Of a stretch of DNA of 64,000 bases, positions 28,930 through 39,512 are shown in pieces. The notes under the pieces were generated by a model. The model had not been told where the DNA came from, ran no database searches, and worked only from the letters and a program-made list of their open reading frames with translations. Where the stretch lies: assembly GCA_002071335.1 (NCBI GenBank), contig MWEZ01000001.1:7262-71261 (forward strand). The letters run 5' to 3'. Each line of letters begins with the position of its first letter. Positions within the stretch are counted from its first letter, which is position 1. This DNA comes from Verrucomicrobia bacterium ADurb.Bin018 (lineage in GTDB: Bacteria; Verrucomicrobiota; Kiritimatiellia; CAIQIC01; Lenti-01). A program made the position numbers and the translations under genes.

Positions 28930-29157
28930 TCAGCTTTCCACAATCTCCACAATTTCGCCGCGCGACATGTCGAACGGCGACATCCGTACACGCAGCCGCG
29001 CGCCGACCGCCGGGCATAGCCCACCGGTCGCGGGCGCATGCTCCCGCGGAACGAACGCCATACATTCATGTCCGTTCCCTAATCTGGCACGGAAAACGCG
29101 ATGGTTTACCACAGCCACGATCTCCGCGTCCAGCTCAATTATTTCGCGGCCACGCAT
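28930..29157 (-). CDS. infA: translation initiation factor IF-1 (central segment atypical)
   Basis: The N-terminus (IELDAEIVAVVNHRVFRARLGNGH) and C-terminus (SPFDMSRGEIV) match IF-1. The middle is divergent but in frame. Confidence 0.7.
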   Translation of the reverse strand: MRGREIIELDAEIVAVVNHRVFRARLGNGHECMAFVPREHAPATGGLCPAVGARLRVRMSPFDMSRGEIVEIVES

Positions 29158-29897
29158 GTGAGGATTTCCGCGGGCCCCTGCTCCACCACCAGCACGGTGT
29201 GCTCATAGTGGGCCGAGCGGCGGCGGTCCCGGGTGCGCACCGTCCAGCGGTTGGGCAGCACCTCGACCTGCCACGTGCCCGAGTTGATCATCGGCTCGAT
29301 GGCCAGCGTCATGCCCGGCTGCAGGCGGGGGCCACGCCCCGGTTCACCGTAGTTGGGAATCTGCGGATCCTCGTGCAGTTTGCGGCCAACGCCGTGCCCG
29401 CAAAAATCGCGCACCACGCTGAAGCCGGCGGCTTCGGTCACCGCCTGCACGGCGTGGCCGATATCGCCCACGCGGTTGCCCGCCTGCGCGGCGGCAATGC
29501 CCGCAGCCAAGGCGGCCTCGCCCACGCGGCAGAGCCGGTCGGATTCTTCATCCACCGCGCCAACGCGCACCGTGATGGCGTTGTCGCCGATGAAACCTTC
29601 GGCCACAATGCCGAGGTCCACGCTGACCAAATCGCCGGCGTTGATCACCCGCCGGCCCGGGATCCCGTGCACCACCTCGTCATTGAGCGAGATGCACGTG
29701 TGCCCCGGAAATCCTCCATATCCAAAGAACGCACTTTTGACGCCCAGCTCCCGCATCCGCCGCGCGGCGAACTCATCGAGCTCGCCCGTGGTGATGCCGG
29801 GAACGACTTGGGCCGCCATCTCCGCCAAGACTTGCGCGGAGAGTCGGCACGCCACGCGCATGCTCGCCAGTTCCGCTCGCGTCTTGATGGGAATCAT
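29139..29897 (-). CDS. map: type I methionine aminopeptidase
   Basis: Conserved metal ligands and MAP blocks. Confidence 0.9.
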   Translation of the reverse strand: MIPIKTRAELASMRVACRLSAQVLAEMAAQVVPGITTGELDEFAARRMRELGVKSAFFGYGGFPGHTCISLNDEVVHGIPGRRVINAGDLVSVDLGIVAEGFIGDNAITVRVGAVDEESDRLCRVGEAALAAGIAAAQAGNRVGDIGHAVQAVTEAAGFSVVRDFCGHGVGRKLHEDPQIPNYGEPGRGPRLQPGMTLAIEPMINSGTWQVEVLPNRWTVRTRDRRRSAHYEHTVLVVEQGPAEILTCVAAK

Positions 29898-29907
29898 GCT
29901 GCCGGCG

Positions 29908-30552
29908 TCAAGCCAGTTTGGCCAATAATTCCGCGGTCGCCGCCTGCGGATTGGTCCCGGCGTTGATGCGGATCAAGATGCCCTTCTGGTCGTAATAATC
30001 AATCAAGCTGGCGGTTTGGCGCTGGTACACATCCAGGCGGTTCAGCACGGTGGCCTCTTCGTCATCGGGCCGTTGATACAGGGGGCCGCCGCACTGGTCA
30101 CAGATGCCCTCTTTTTTCGGGGGGATATTGGTGACGTGATAGACCGCGCCGCAGGTCTTGCAAATCCGTCGGCCGCTCAAGCGGCTGACGATGACCGGCG
30201 TGGGCACTTCCAACAGAAACACCTGATTCACGGCGGAGCCCAACTTGGCCAGCACCTCGTCCAGTTGGCGGGCCTGCTCCAGCGTGCGCGGGAAGCCGTC
30301 GAACATGTATTTATCCGTCGGCTGCCCCTGGGCCAGCCGCTCGCTGACAATGCGCATGATGACGCTATCGGGCACCAGTTCGCCCTTGTCCATGAACGCC
30401 TTGGCTTCCAGCCCGGTCTGGCTGCCGGCCTTGATGGCCGCGCGCAGCATGTCGCCGGTGGAGACGTGGATGTAATCCGTGGCGTTGCGCACGCCTTCCG
30501 CCAAGGTTCCTTTGCCCGCGCCGGGCGCCCCAAGAAGAATAATGGCTTGCAT
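29908..30552 (-). CDS. adk: adenylate kinase (zinc-lid type)
   Basis: GAPGAGKGT P-loop. CKTCG...CDQCG lid. Confidence 0.9.
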   Translation of the reverse strand: MQAIILLGAPGAGKGTLAEGVRNATDYIHVSTGDMLRAAIKAGSQTGLEAKAFMDKGELVPDSVIMRIVSERLAQGQPTDKYMFDGFPRTLEQARQLDEVLAKLGSAVNQVFLLEVPTPVIVSRLSGRRICKTCGAVYHVTNIPPKKEGICDQCGGPLYQRPDDEEATVLNRLDVYQRQTASLIDYYDQKGILIRINAGTNPQAATAELLAKLA

Positions 30553-30575
30553 GCGGTGTCTCCTATCGTTGCCGG

Positions 30576-31928
30576 TTAGCGGCGGCCGCGCAACTGTCCC
30601 TTGCGCAAGAAGCCGTCATAGTGGCGGGTCACCAGGTGCGATTCCACCTGGCGCATGGTGTCGAGTATCACGCCCACGATGATCAGCAGGCTGGTGCCGC
30701 CGAAGAATTGGGCCACCATCCACGGAATGTGGAACGAGTTGCCCAGAATCATGGGCAGCACAGCGATGATCGTCAGGAACACTGCGCCGGCCAGCGTGAT
30801 GCGGGTCATGACCCGGTCCAGAAATTCCGCAGTGGGCTTGCCGGGGCGAATGCCGGGCACATAGCCGCCGTACTTCTTGAGATCATCCGCGATTTGCACC
30901 GGGTGGAACTGCGTGGCCACCCAGAAGTAGGAGAAGAACAGGATCATCAGCCCGTAGAGGGTGATGTAGGTCGGCCCGGCATAGCGCAGGTGGACGGCGG
31001 CAAAGTTTTTCACCGCGTCAACCGGGATCATCATCAGCAACCGCTGCGGGAACATCAGGATGGCCTGCGCAAAGATGATGGGCATGACGCCCGAATAGTT
31101 CACGCGCAGGGGCATGTAGGTGCTTTGGCCGCCATAGGTCTTGCGGCCAACCACGCGCTTGGCATATTGCACCGGAATCTTGCGCTGGGCCTGGGTCACC
31201 GCGATCACGCCGGCAATCACCAGGAACGCCAGCGCCAGCATGGCCACCAGCATGAAGATGTTGGCCGAACCGGTGCGGAACATGGCCACAGCCTGGCTGA
31301 TCGCGCCCGGCAGGCGGCTGACGATGCTGATCGTGATGATCAGCGAAATGCCGTTGCCGATGCCGCGGGCGGTGATTTGCTCGCCCAGCCACATCAGCGT
31401 CATCGTGCCGGTGGTCATGGTCAAAATGGCCAGCAGCAGGAAGGGCACGCGCGACATGGTCACGATGGTTTCACCAGGCATGATTTGCAGGCCGAGCGCC
31501 TCGGGGCGCAGCAGCACCGCGGCCATGGCGTAGCCCTGCACCAGGCAGAGCGCCACGGTCAGGTAGCGGCCGTATTGGATGATCTGCTGCCGGCCGGCAT
31601 CGCCCTCGCGCGCCAATTTTTCCAGCGCGGGGACCACCGCCGTCAACAGTTGCAGGATGATCGAAGCGCTGATGCTGGGCATGATGCCCAGCGCGCCAAT
31701 CGCCGCTTGCGTCAGCGCGCCGCCGCTGAACAGGTCCAGCAGCCCCATGAAGCCCATGTTGCCGCTTTGCGAGGCCATCCGGTCCATGATGCCGCGGAGC
31801 ATCTCCGTATCCACGCCGGGCACCGGAATCACCGACAACAGGCGGCACACAAAGATGAGCGCGAGGGTGAAGAAGATGCGCTGGCGCAGCTCGGGGATCT
31901 TCAGGCTGTTGGAAAAAGCGGAAAGCAT
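30576..31928 (-). CDS. secY: preprotein translocase subunit SecY
   Basis: 450 aa, 10 TM segments, SecY signature blocks. Confidence 0.9.
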   Translation of the reverse strand: MLSAFSNSLKIPELRQRIFFTLALIFVCRLLSVIPVPGVDTEMLRGIMDRMASQSGNMGFMGLLDLFSGGALTQAAIGALGIMPSISASIILQLLTAVVPALEKLAREGDAGRQQIIQYGRYLTVALCLVQGYAMAAVLLRPEALGLQIMPGETIVTMSRVPFLLLAILTMTTGTMTLMWLGEQITARGIGNGISLIITISIVSRLPGAISQAVAMFRTGSANIFMLVAMLALAFLVIAGVIAVTQAQRKIPVQYAKRVVGRKTYGGQSTYMPLRVNYSGVMPIIFAQAILMFPQRLLMMIPVDAVKNFAAVHLRYAGPTYITLYGLMILFFSYFWVATQFHPVQIADDLKKYGGYVPGIRPGKPTAEFLDRVMTRITLAGAVFLTIIAVLPMILGNSFHIPWMVAQFFGGTSLLIIVGVILDTMRQVESHLVTRHYDGFLRKGQLRGRR

Positions 31929-31954
31929 CGGGGAGCCTCGTGGGGTTCAGGGCG

Positions 31955-32392
31955 CTAGACAATCACTTCACAGGTGCCGCCGGCTTGCTCAATCTTGGCC
32001 TTGGCCGTGGCGCTAAACGCATGGGCCTTGACCTGGCGGGCCGCGGTGATTTCGCCACCGCCCAGCACCTTGATCCGGCTCTTGGGGCTGACGCGCCCGG
32101 CGGCCACGAGCGCTTCCGGCGTGATTTCGCCGGGGAGCAACTTGGCCAGCTCGCCGATGTTGAGCGCGGCATATTCCACGCGGTTGGGGCTGGTGAAGCC
32201 GCGCTTGGGCACGCGCCGGATCAGCGGCATCTGGCCGCCTTCAAACAGCGGCTTGTGCTTGTGCCCGGTGCGGCTCATCTGGCCCTTGTTGCCCTTGCCG
32301 GCCGTCCGGCCTTTGCCGGAGGACTCGCCCCGGCCCACGCGCATCCGGCGCTTTTTCGCGCCGGGGGTGTTCTTCAACGAATGCAAATTCAT
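31955..32392 (-). CDS. rplO: 50S ribosomal protein L15
   Basis: GRGESSGKGRTAGKGNKGQ motif. Confidence 0.9.
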   Translation of the reverse strand: MNLHSLKNTPGAKKRRMRVGRGESSGKGRTAGKGNKGQMSRTGHKHKPLFEGGQMPLIRRVPKRGFTSPNRVEYAALNIGELAKLLPGEITPEALVAAGRVSPKSRIKVLGGGEITAARQVKAHAFSATAKAKIEQAGGTCEVIV

Positions 32393-32414
32393 GGTGCTCT
32401 ACCCTTTCCTGTGC

Positions 32415-32918
32415 CTACTGGCGCAGCGCCGCGGTTTCCTCGCGGGAACGCAGTTGCTGCAGGCCGTTCATTGTGGCCTTGACGACGTTGAGCGCGGAAC
32501 CCGAACCCAGCGACTTGGCCAGCACATCGCGAATGCCGGCCAAATCCAGCACCGCGCGCGCGCCACCGCCGGCGATCACGCCCGTTCCCTTGGTGGCGGG
32601 CCGCAGCATCACGCGCGACGCGCCATAGCGCCCGATCACTTCATGCGGGATGGTCCGGTCCAGCATGGTCACCTTGACCATGTTGCGCCGGGCGGCTTCC
32701 GTGGCTTTGCGGATGGCATCGGCATTTTCGCGGGCCTTGCCCAGCGCGTAGCCAACCTGGCCATTGCGGTCGCCCACCACCACCAACGCGGAAAAGCTGA
32801 AGCGCCGCCCGCCCTTGACCACCTTGGCGCAGCGATTGACCTCCACCACGCGCTCCAGCGCTTCGGCGGGGCTCTTCTGCTGAAATTCCTCGTTCTTCTT
32901 CGCTTCTCGTTTCATCAT
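32415..32918 (-). CDS. rpsE: 30S ribosomal protein S5
   Basis: [18 protein letters not shown] core. Only 22 nt separate it from rplO, so there is no L30 gene. Confidence 0.9.
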   Translation of the reverse strand: MMKREAKKNEEFQQKSPAEALERVVEVNRCAKVVKGGRRFSFSALVVVGDRNGQVGYALGKARENADAIRKATEAARRNMVKVTMLDRTIPHEVIGRYGASRVMLRPATKGTGVIAGGGARAVLDLAGIRDVLAKSLGSGSALNVVKATMNGLQQLRSREETAALRQ

Positions 32919-32944
32919 AACCGATTTTCCTTACATTACCGGCT

Positions 32945-33301
32945 CTAGAACTTCAGGCCGCCTTCGCGGGCGGCATCGGCCAGCGCCTGCAGGCGCCCGC
33001 GGTAGGCAAAGCCACCGCGGTCGAACACGACTTCGGCGATTCCCTTTTCCTTGGCGACCTGCGCAGCCAGCGCGCCAAGCTGCTTGGCGGTGGCCACATT
33101 GAGTTTCTGGCCCTTGACCGGTCCGGCCAGGGTCGAAACCGCCGCCAGCGTCTTGCCGGCGAGGTCGTCGATGAACTGCACATACATATGCACATTGGAG
33201 ACAAACACGCTCATGCGCGGCCGCTCCGCGGTGCCCTGCACTTTTTGCCGCAGGCGCCGGTGCCGGCGCACGCGATAATCTTTCAACGTCTTCATTCTCA
33301 T
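32945..33301 (-). CDS. rplR: 50S ribosomal protein L18
   Basis: Typical L18 basic N-terminus. C-terminal [11 protein letters not shown] block. Confidence 0.9.
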   Translation of the reverse strand: MRMKTLKDYRVRRHRRLRQKVQGTAERPRMSVFVSNVHMYVQFIDDLAGKTLAAVSTLAGPVKGQKLNVATAKQLGALAAQVAKEKGIAEVVFDRGGFAYRGRLQALADAAREGGLKF

Positions 33302-33303
33302 GG

Positions 33304-33840
33304 TTACGCCACCGTCTTGCCCGCTTTCCGGCGCACGCGTTCGTCCTTGTAGCGCACACCCTTGCCCTTGTAGGGCTCGGGGGGCCGGAAGGAGCGGATG
33401 CGGGCGCTCACTTGTCCCACCAATTGCTTGTCAACGCCGCTGACCTTGAGCTGGGTGCCGTCGGTCACGGTCACGGTGATGCCTTCCGGCACCGTGTATT
33501 CCACCGGGTGGGAGTAGCCCACGTTCAGAGTCAACTGCTTGCCGGCAATGCTGGCCTTGAAGCCCACGCCCTGGATTTCCAGCTCGCGGCTATAGCCATC
33601 CTTGACGCCGACCGCCATGTTCGCCAACAGCGCGCGGATGGTGCCGTGTCCGGCCCGGCTTTGCTTGCTATCGTCCGTCCGGCTGACGAGGAGCTTGTCG
33701 CCTTCCTGGACCACGTTGATGTAGTCCGGGAATTTCTGGGTCAGCTCGCCTTTGGGCCCTTTGAGGGTCACGGCGTCGCCGGCCACTTGGGCGGTCACGC
33801 CCGCAGGCAGGACCACCGGTAGTTTTCCGATTCTCGACAT
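33304..33840 (-). CDS. rplF: 50S ribosomal protein L6
   Basis: [16 protein letters not shown]-terminus. Start trimmed. Confidence 0.9.
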   Translation of the reverse strand: MSRIGKLPVVLPAGVTAQVAGDAVTLKGPKGELTQKFPDYINVVQEGDKLLVSRTDDSKQSRAGHGTIRALLANMAVGVKDGYSRELEIQGVGFKASIAGKQLTLNVGYSHPVEYTVPEGITVTVTDGTQLKVSGVDKQLVGQVSARIRSFRPPEPYKGKGVRYKDERVRRKAGKTVA

Positions 33841-33859
33841 AGTGTTTCTCCCTCCGCCC

Positions 33860-34258
33860 CTACCAGACCTGGCAGAGCACTTCGCCACCGACGCGGGCGG
33901 CCCGCGCCTCGCGGTCGGACATCACGCCGCGGCTGGTGCTCAGCACCGCCGTGCCCATGCCGCCGCGCACGCGCGGAATCTCCGCCGCGCCCACATAGCG
34001 CCGCAGCCCCGGACGGCTCACCCGCCGCAACTGCTGGATGATGGGCTTCTCGTTGTAATCATACTTCAGCGTCACGCGCAGCACCTTCTTGCCGTCGCGC
34101 TCGGCGGTGGCCACATCGGCGATATAGCCTTCCTTCTTCAGGATCCGGGCGACCTCCGCCTTCAGGCGGGAGTGGCCCATTTCCGTGGCCGGCAATCCGG
34201 CCCTGCTTGCGTTGCGGATGCACGTCAGCATGTCCGCAATGGGATCTGAACAGCTCAT
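33860..34258 (-). CDS. rpsH: 30S ribosomal protein S8
   Basis: DPIADMLTCIRNA N-terminus. Confidence 0.9.
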   Translation of the reverse strand: MSCSDPIADMLTCIRNASRAGLPATEMGHSRLKAEVARILKKEGYIADVATAERDGKKVLRVTLKYDYNEKPIIQQLRRVSRPGLRRYVGAAEIPRVRGGMGTAVLSTSRGVMSDREARAARVGGEVLCQVW

Positions 34259-34273
34259 TCTACTCCTCCCGTC

Positions 34274-34459
34274 CTACCAGCTTGCTTTCACGACGCCGGG
34301 GATCTTGCCCTCGGACGCCAGTTCGCGGAAGCAAATGCGGCACAATTGAAACTTCCGAATATAGGCCCGCGCCCGGCCGCAACGCCGGCAGCGGCTATAG
34401 CCCCGCACCGCGAACTTGGGTTCGCGCGAAGCCTTTACCATCCATGATATCTTAGCCAA
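34274..34459 (-). CDS. rpsN: 30S ribosomal protein S14 type Z (zinc-binding)
   Basis: 61 aa. CRRCGR...CRIC motif. Confidence 0.9.
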   Translation of the reverse strand: MAKISWMVKASREPKFAVRGYSRCRRCGRARAYIRKFQLCRICFRELASEGKIPGVVKASW

Positions 34460-34483
34460 GGTATTCCTCCGTTTTCCAAATGC

Positions 34484-35020
34484 TTACGTTGCGAACGGCA
34501 TGCCGAGGAGCTGCAGCAGCTCTTTGGCATCCGCATTGTTTTGCGCGGTGGTCACAATCGTGATGTCCATGCCCTGCACGCGCTTGACCTTGTCGGACTC
34601 GATTTCCGGGAACAGGGTCTGCTCCTTGAGGCCCAGCGTGTAGTTGCCACGGCCGTCAAAGGCCTTGGCCGGTACGCCGCGGAAGTCGCGGATACGCGGC
34701 AGCGTGGCGTGGATCAACCGCTCCAGGAATTCATACATCCGCCGGCCGCGCAGGGTGACCTTGGCGCCGATGGGCATGCCTTCGCGCAGCTTGAAGTTCG
34801 AAATGCTCTTCGTGGCCTTGCGCTGCGTGGGCCGCTGGCCGGTGATCTTGGCCAGGTCGTCCGAGACGGCCTTGAGCATGTCGCGATCCACCAACGCGTT
34901 CACCGACATGTTCACCACCACCTTGACCACGCGCGGCACATCCATCGTGGAGGGATACTTGCCGGTGGCCTTCAGCGCCTTGACGACATCTTTTTGATAT
35001 TTTTCTTTCAGTTGGGACAT
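34484..35020 (-). CDS. rplE: 50S ribosomal protein L5
   Basis: Conserved L5 blocks in the conserved operon position. Confidence 0.9.
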   Translation of the reverse strand: MSQLKEKYQKDVVKALKATGKYPSTMDVPRVVKVVVNMSVNALVDRDMLKAVSDDLAKITGQRPTQRKATKSISNFKLREGMPIGAKVTLRGRRMYEFLERLIHATLPRIRDFRGVPAKAFDGRGNYTLGLKEQTLFPEIESDKVKRVQGMDITIVTTAQNNADAKELLQLLGMPFAT

Positions 35021-35024
35021 GGTC

Positions 35025-35294
35025 TTATTCCTTTCCCGTCTTCTTGCCGCCGCGGGTGACCACCACCAGCTTCGAGGCCGCCATGGGCGCCTCGCGCGTG
35101 ACGATCCCGCCGTTGGGGTTGTCCTGCGACTTGCGCAGGTGCTTCTTCACAAAATTGAAGCCTTCCACCAGCACCCGGCCGGTCTTGGGATACACCCGCA
35201 ACACCTTGCCGGTCTTCTTGCCATCCGCGTCCTCGCCGGAAATCGCCCGGACGATATCGTCGCGGCGCACATGCATTTTGGGCTTTTTCATCAC
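35025..35294 (-). CDS. rplX: 50S ribosomal protein L24
   Basis: KOW motif. Start may be the internal MHVRRDD at 35276. Confidence 0.85.
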   Translation of the reverse strand: MMKKPKMHVRRDDIVRAISGEDADGKKTGKVLRVYPKTGRVLVEGFNFVKKHLRKSQDNPNGGIVTREAPMAASKLVVVTRGGKKTGKE

Positions 35295-35656
35295 AGCACC
35301 TCGGGGGCCAAAGAGATGACCTTCATGAAGTTCAGCTCGCGCAGCTCGCGGGCCACGGGCCCGAAAATGCGGCTGCCGCGCGGGTTTTTCTGTTCATCAA
35401 TCAGGATCACGGCGTTGTTGTCGAAGGACAGCGTGGAGCCGTCCGGGCGGTGGATCGGTGCGGCGGTGCGCACGATCAGCGCGAGGGCCTTGTCGCCCTT
35501 CTTGACCATGCCCGCCGGCTGCGCTTCGCGAATCGAAACGCGGATGATGTCGCCAATGCCGGCGACCGTCTTGCGCTGGCCGAGCACCTTGATGCACTTG
35601 GCCGTGCGCGCGCCGGTGTTATCCGCCACCGGCAACAGGGATTCCATCTGGATCAT
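35291..35656 (-). CDS. rplN: 50S ribosomal protein L14
   Basis: [17 protein letters not shown]. Start trimmed. Confidence 0.9.
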   Translation of the reverse strand: MIQMESLLPVADNTGARTAKCIKVLGQRKTVAGIGDIIRVSIREAQPAGMVKKGDKALALIVRTAAPIHRPDGSTLSFDNNAVILIDEQKNPRGSRIFGPVARELRELNFMKVISLAPEVL

Positions 35657-35658
35657 GA

Positions 35659-35934
35659 TTACACCTCGCTCTTGGCGGCGCGGGTCACCACGCGCACCAG
35701 CCGCCACCGCTTCAACTTGCTCAACGGGCGGGTCTCGGCGATCAGCACCTGATCGCCGCGCCGGGCCTCGTTCTGCTCGTCATGCGCGTAATACTTTTTG
35801 CTGCGGCGCAGGATCTTGCCATACACCGGGTGCGCGATGCGCCGTTCGGCCTGCACCACCACCGTCTTGTTCATCGCGTCGCTCACCACGACGCCCATGC
35901 GCTCCTTGCGCAGATTGCGTGTTTCCGTCGCCAT
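35659..35934 (-). CDS. rpsQ: 30S ribosomal protein S17
   Basis: [14 protein letters not shown] core. Confidence 0.9.
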   Translation of the reverse strand: MATETRNLRKERMGVVVSDAMNKTVVVQAERRIAHPVYGKILRRSKKYYAHDEQNEARRGDQVLIAETRPLSKLKRWRLVRVVTRAAKSEV

Positions 35935-35940
35935 ATTCGT

Positions 35941-36135
35941 TTACCTCGCGGCTTGCGCCTGGTTGATGACCGTTTTGATGCGCGCAATGTCCCGGCGCAC
36001 CAGCCGGACGCGGTCGGGTTTCTCCAACTGGCCGGCCGTCTGCTGGATTCGCAGATTGAACAGTTCTTTTTCCATCTCCGCCAATTTCGCCAACCGTTCT
36101 TCGGGCGACAGGTCGCGGATATCTCTTGCCTTCAT
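35941..36135 (-). CDS. rpmC: 50S ribosomal protein L29
   Basis: 64 aa. LRIQQ motif. Confidence 0.9.
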   Translation of the reverse strand: MKARDIRDLSPEERLAKLAEMEKELFNLRIQQTAGQLEKPDRVRLVRRDIARIKTVINQAQAAR

Positions 36136-36155
36136 CGCGTACGCTCCTTACGTGG

Positions 36156-36566
36156 TTACAGGACAACCCCGCGCCGCACGAACGTCGTGCGGATCGGCAA
36201 CTTTGTCGCCGCCAGCCGCAGGCATTCCAGCGCCATGGCCTCGGACACGCCGTCCATCTCGAACAGGATGCGGCCGGGGCGAATCACCGCCACCCAGCCC
36301 TCGATGGCGCCCTTGCCCTTGCCCATGCGGACTTCGAGCGGCTTCTTGGAATAGGACTTGTCGGGGAACACCCGGATCCAGAGCTTGCCTTTGCGCTTCA
36401 TGGCGCGGTTCATCGCCACGCGCGCGGCTTCGATCTGGATGTTGGTCAGCCAGCAGCGCTCCATGGCGCGCAGGCCGTATTCGCCGAACGCCAGACTGTT
36501 GCCGGATTGCGCCATGCCCTTGCGCGAGCCGCGCTGGCTTTGGCGGTACTTCACACGTTTAGGCAT
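36156..36566 (-). CDS. rplP: 50S ribosomal protein L16
   Basis: [10 protein letters not shown]-terminus. Confidence 0.9.
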   Translation of the reverse strand: MPKRVKYRQSQRGSRKGMAQSGNSLAFGEYGLRAMERCWLTNIQIEAARVAMNRAMKRKGKLWIRVFPDKSYSKKPLEVRMGKGKGAIEGWVAVIRPGRILFEMDGVSEAMALECLRLAATKLPIRTTFVRRGVVL

Positions 36567-37236
36567 AAGGGGCATAGGACTTCTCCTTATTCGTCACACT
36601 CTTTGCCGCGGTGTCTTCCGGCTTCACGCAGATCCAGCACTTCACGCCGATCTTGCCGGCCATGGTGTTGGCTTCCGCAAAGCCGTACTGCACGTCCGCG
36701 CGCAGCGTCTGCAGCGGCACCTTGCCCACCATGTAATGCTCCGTGCGGGCCAATTCCGCGCCGCCCAAACGACCGCAGGCCTGCACGCGGATGCCCAGCG
36801 CGCCCATGTCCATGGTCAGTTGCAGCGCGCGCTTCATCGCCCGGCGGAACGCCACGCGGCGCTCCAACTGCAGCGCGATGCTCTCGGCCACCAACTGCGC
36901 GTTGGTGTCGGGATTGCGCACTTCCTTGATCTCGACATAGATTTCCTTGCCGGTCTTGGCGCTCAATTCCTCGCGCAGCTTGTCAATGCCCTCGCCCTTG
37001 CGCCCGATCACCACGCCCGGCCGCGCCGTGAACACCGTCACCCGCGCGCGCTGCGCATAGCGTTCGATCACAATGTCGGCCACGGCGGCATCCTTCAGGC
37101 GGGTGCGCACCAGGTCGCGGATCTCCAGATCCTCGTTCAACAGATTGCCGAATTCTTTTCTTTCCGCGAACCAGCGGCTCTTCCACTGCTTGTGGACCGC
37201 CGTACGGAACCCGATCGGATTGACTTTTTGGCCCAA
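36559..37236 (-). CDS. rpsC: 30S ribosomal protein S3
   Basis: [12 protein letters not shown]-terminus. KH domain. Confidence 0.9.
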   Translation of the reverse strand: MGQKVNPIGFRTAVHKQWKSRWFAERKEFGNLLNEDLEIRDLVRTRLKDAAVADIVIERYAQRARVTVFTARPGVVIGRKGEGIDKLREELSAKTGKEIYVEIKEVRNPDTNAQLVAESIALQLERRVAFRRAMKRALQLTMDMGALGIRVQACGRLGGAELARTEHYMVGKVPLQTLRADVQYGFAEANTMAGKIGVKCWICVKPEDTAAKSVTNKEKSYAPYA

Positions 37237-37257
37237 AATGCGCCTCCTTCTTCTCGT

Positions 37258-37608
37258 CTACTTCTTCTTGCGCGGCTTCTTGTCCGTCAACGTGATTCGG
37301 ACATGGGCCGTCTTTTTGCGAATCGGCGAGGCTGAACCGCGCGCCCGCGCCCAGTACCGCCGCAGCGTCGGGCCGTTCTCAATGACCGCCCGCGCCACAT
37401 ACAGCTTGTCCGCCGACAGCTCCGCGTTGTTTTCCGCGTTGGCAATCGCCGACTTCAGCGTCTTGCCGATGGCCACCGCCGCCTTGCGCTTGTTCAATTC
37501 GACCACCTGCAGCGCTTCGCCCACGCTCTTGCCGGTAATGGCCCGCGTCAGGTCCCGCGCCTTGGTCGGCGTCAACCGTACATACTTTGTTACTGCTATG
37601 ATTTCCAT
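37258..37608 (-). CDS. rplV: 50S ribosomal protein L22
   Basis: Typical L22 N-terminus and basic C-terminal tail. Confidence 0.9.
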   Translation of the reverse strand: MEIIAVTKYVRLTPTKARDLTRAITGKSVGEALQVVELNKRKAAVAIGKTLKSAIANAENNAELSADKLYVARAVIENGPTLRRYWARARGSASPIRKKTAHVRITLTDKKPRKKK

Positions 37609-37618
37609 GTCTCGTTCC

Positions 37619-38371
37619 TCAAGGACCTTCCGGCCGAATCAGCACCGCTCGGTCCCCTGTTTGGGGGTAATCGCCACGCGCGGTCTCCTCAACCGCCGCG
37701 CCGGCAATTCTCTCTCTCACATCCACCACCCGGATCCGCGCCACCCGCCGGCGGTCCCGCAGAACCGTCAAGGGCAACCCGTAACGGACACCCTGCCGGG
37801 CGCCCTGATCCAGGATCACCAGACCCAGTTCCGCGTTCACGTCCACCAGCCGCACTTCGCGCGGCGCATCCAACGGCTCTACCGCTGGGGCGCCCGCCGC
37901 CGCCGCCCGCCGTGCTTCCTGCACATCCAAGGCGGCCTGCGCTTCGGCCAGGGCCGTGCTCAACTGGCGAATCCGCCGGGTCAGTTCGGCCACGGCGCGC
38001 CGCATCTCGGCATTTTCCTGCGCCAGCCGGACGGTCACCAAGCGGGCTTCGCTCGTCACCAGGTCCAATACTTCATCATGATGGCCATCCGCCGCGCCGC
38101 CCATGGCCGCTGCTGCCGGCCCGTCCGTGCGGATGGGAATGTTCGCTTCATCCTGCGCGGACTGCACCGAAAGCTCGGCCGTCTCCGCCTCAACCGGAGC
38201 CTCCGGGACTGGCCCGGGCTCCATCTCAAGACGCGCCGGCGCGGACGCCGGCCCTGTCGTCAAAGAACTATTTTGCGCTTGCCGCGTGCCGAACCACCAG
38301 CCCGCCGCCAGCGCGGCTCCCACCACCGGCACGGCCCAGATCAGCCGCCAGCCTCGACGGAAGCCCATCAT
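37619..38371 (-). CDS. hypothetical membrane-anchored coiled-coil protein embedded in the S10 operon between rpsS and rplV
   Basis: 250 aa. N-terminal TM helix, acidic linker, a heptad-like Ala/Arg/Glu coiled coil, and a C-terminal small beta-rich domain (VRLVDVNAELGLVILDQGARQGVRYGLPLTV). Gaps of 10-11 nt to both ribosomal neighbours. Confidence 0.55.
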   Translation of the reverse strand: MMGFRRGWRLIWAVPVVGAALAAGWWFGTRQAQNSSLTTGPASAPARLEMEPGPVPEAPVEAETAELSVQSAQDEANIPIRTDGPAAAAMGGAADGHHDEVLDLVTSEARLVTVRLAQENAEMRRAVAELTRRIRQLSTALAEAQAALDVQEARRAAAAGAPAVEPLDAPREVRLVDVNAELGLVILDQGARQGVRYGLPLTVLRDRRRVARIRVVDVRERIAGAAVEETARGDYPQTGDRAVLIRPEGP

Positions 38372-38382
38372 CCAAAAATCTC

Positions 38383-38667
38383 TTACTTCAGCGCGATCGT
38401 CTTATCCGTCGCCGCGCCGTGCTTGCGGAACGTCCGGGTGGGCGCAAACTCGCCCAGGCGGTGTCCCACCATGTTTTCCGTCACGAACACGCTCGTGAAC
38501 ACCTTGCCGTTGTGCACCGTGAACGTATGGCCCACGAATTCCGGCAGGATCATGCTGCGGCGCGACCAGGTCTTGATCGGACGCTTGGCGCCACTGGCGT
38601 TCAGCGCTTCCACCTTCTTCAGCAGGTGGTCTTCCACATACGGTCCCTTTTTGATTGAGCGCGTCAT
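38383..38667 (-). CDS. rpsS: 30S ribosomal protein S19
   Basis: [10 protein letters not shown] motif. Confidence 0.9.
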   Translation of the reverse strand: MTRSIKKGPYVEDHLLKKVEALNASGAKRPIKTWSRRSMILPEFVGHTFTVHNGKVFTSVFVTENMVGHRLGEFAPTRTFRKHGAATDKTIALK

Positions 38668-38668
38668 G

Positions 38669-39499
38669 TTACTTCTTTCTCCGTTCCACGATAAACTTGC
38701 TCGACGGCTTGCGGCCGCTGCGGGTCTTCTTGCCCTTGGTCAACTGGCCCCACGGGGTCACCGGGTGCCCGCCGCCGGAGGTCCGGCCTTCGCCACCGCC
38801 CATCGGGTGGTCCACCGGGTTCATCGCCACGCCGCGCACCGTCGGGCGGATGCCCTTCCAGCGCTTGCGCCCGGCCTTGCCGAGGGAAATGTTTTCGTGC
38901 TCGAGGTTGCCCACCTGGCCGATGGTGGCATAGCATTCGCCGCGCACCTTGCGCAGCTCGCCGGAGGGCAGCTTGACCTGCACATAACCCGCGTCGCGCG
39001 CCGTCACCCGGGCCACCATGCCCGCGCTACGCACCATCTTGGCGCCGGCGCCGGGGGTCAGCTCCAGGGCGTGGATCGGCATTCCGATCGGAATGCTCGC
39101 CAGCGGCAGCGCATTGCCGTCCGTTGGTTCCGCTTCCGGCCCGGCCATGACGGTGGCGCCCACTTGCAGCCCGTTCGGCGCCAGGATGTAGCGCTTTTCA
39201 CCGTCGGCATAGGCCAGCAACGCCAACCGCGCCGTGCGGTTCGGGTCATATTCCAACGCCTGCACCTTCGCGGGAATGTCCCGCTTGTCGTGCCGCATGA
39301 AATCCACCTGCCGCAAAAACTTTTTATGCCCGCCGCCGCGGTGCCGCACCGTGATTCGGCCCGCCGCGTTGCGCCCGGCCTTGCTCTTCTTGATTTTGAT
39401 CAGCCGGCGTTCGGGGCGCTTCTTGCTCAGGCCTTCGAAATCCGAAAGCGTGGTGAAGCGCAATGCCGCCGTGGCTGGCTTGTATTTTTTCAAACCCAT
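38669..39499 (-). CDS. rplB: 50S ribosomal protein L2
   Basis: 276 aa with conserved L2 blocks. Confidence 0.9.
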   Translation of the reverse strand: MGLKKYKPATAALRFTTLSDFEGLSKKRPERRLIKIKKSKAGRNAAGRITVRHRGGGHKKFLRQVDFMRHDKRDIPAKVQALEYDPNRTARLALLAYADGEKRYILAPNGLQVGATVMAGPEAEPTDGNALPLASIPIGMPIHALELTPGAGAKMVRSAGMVARVTARDAGYVQVKLPSGELRKVRGECYATIGQVGNLEHENISLGKAGRKRWKGIRPTVRGVAMNPVDHPMGGGEGRTSGGGHPVTPWGQLTKGKKTRSGRKPSSKFIVERRKK

Positions 39500-39512
39500 G
39501 TTCGATCCTCGC

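Noticed and set aside
28930-29157. Possible frameshifted infA pseudogene, because the central segment (REHAPATGGLCPAVG) is unlike the conserved GKMRKNYIRILTG
   Set aside because: I translated all three frames manually and neither alternative frame restores the consensus. The reading frame is continuous, and both the N- and C-terminal IF-1 blocks align in frame with the expected length. It was kept as a divergent infA.
32392-32415. Missing rpmD (L30) between rplO and rpsE
   Set aside because: Only 22 nt separate the two genes, so this is not an annotation gap. L30 is simply not encoded here.
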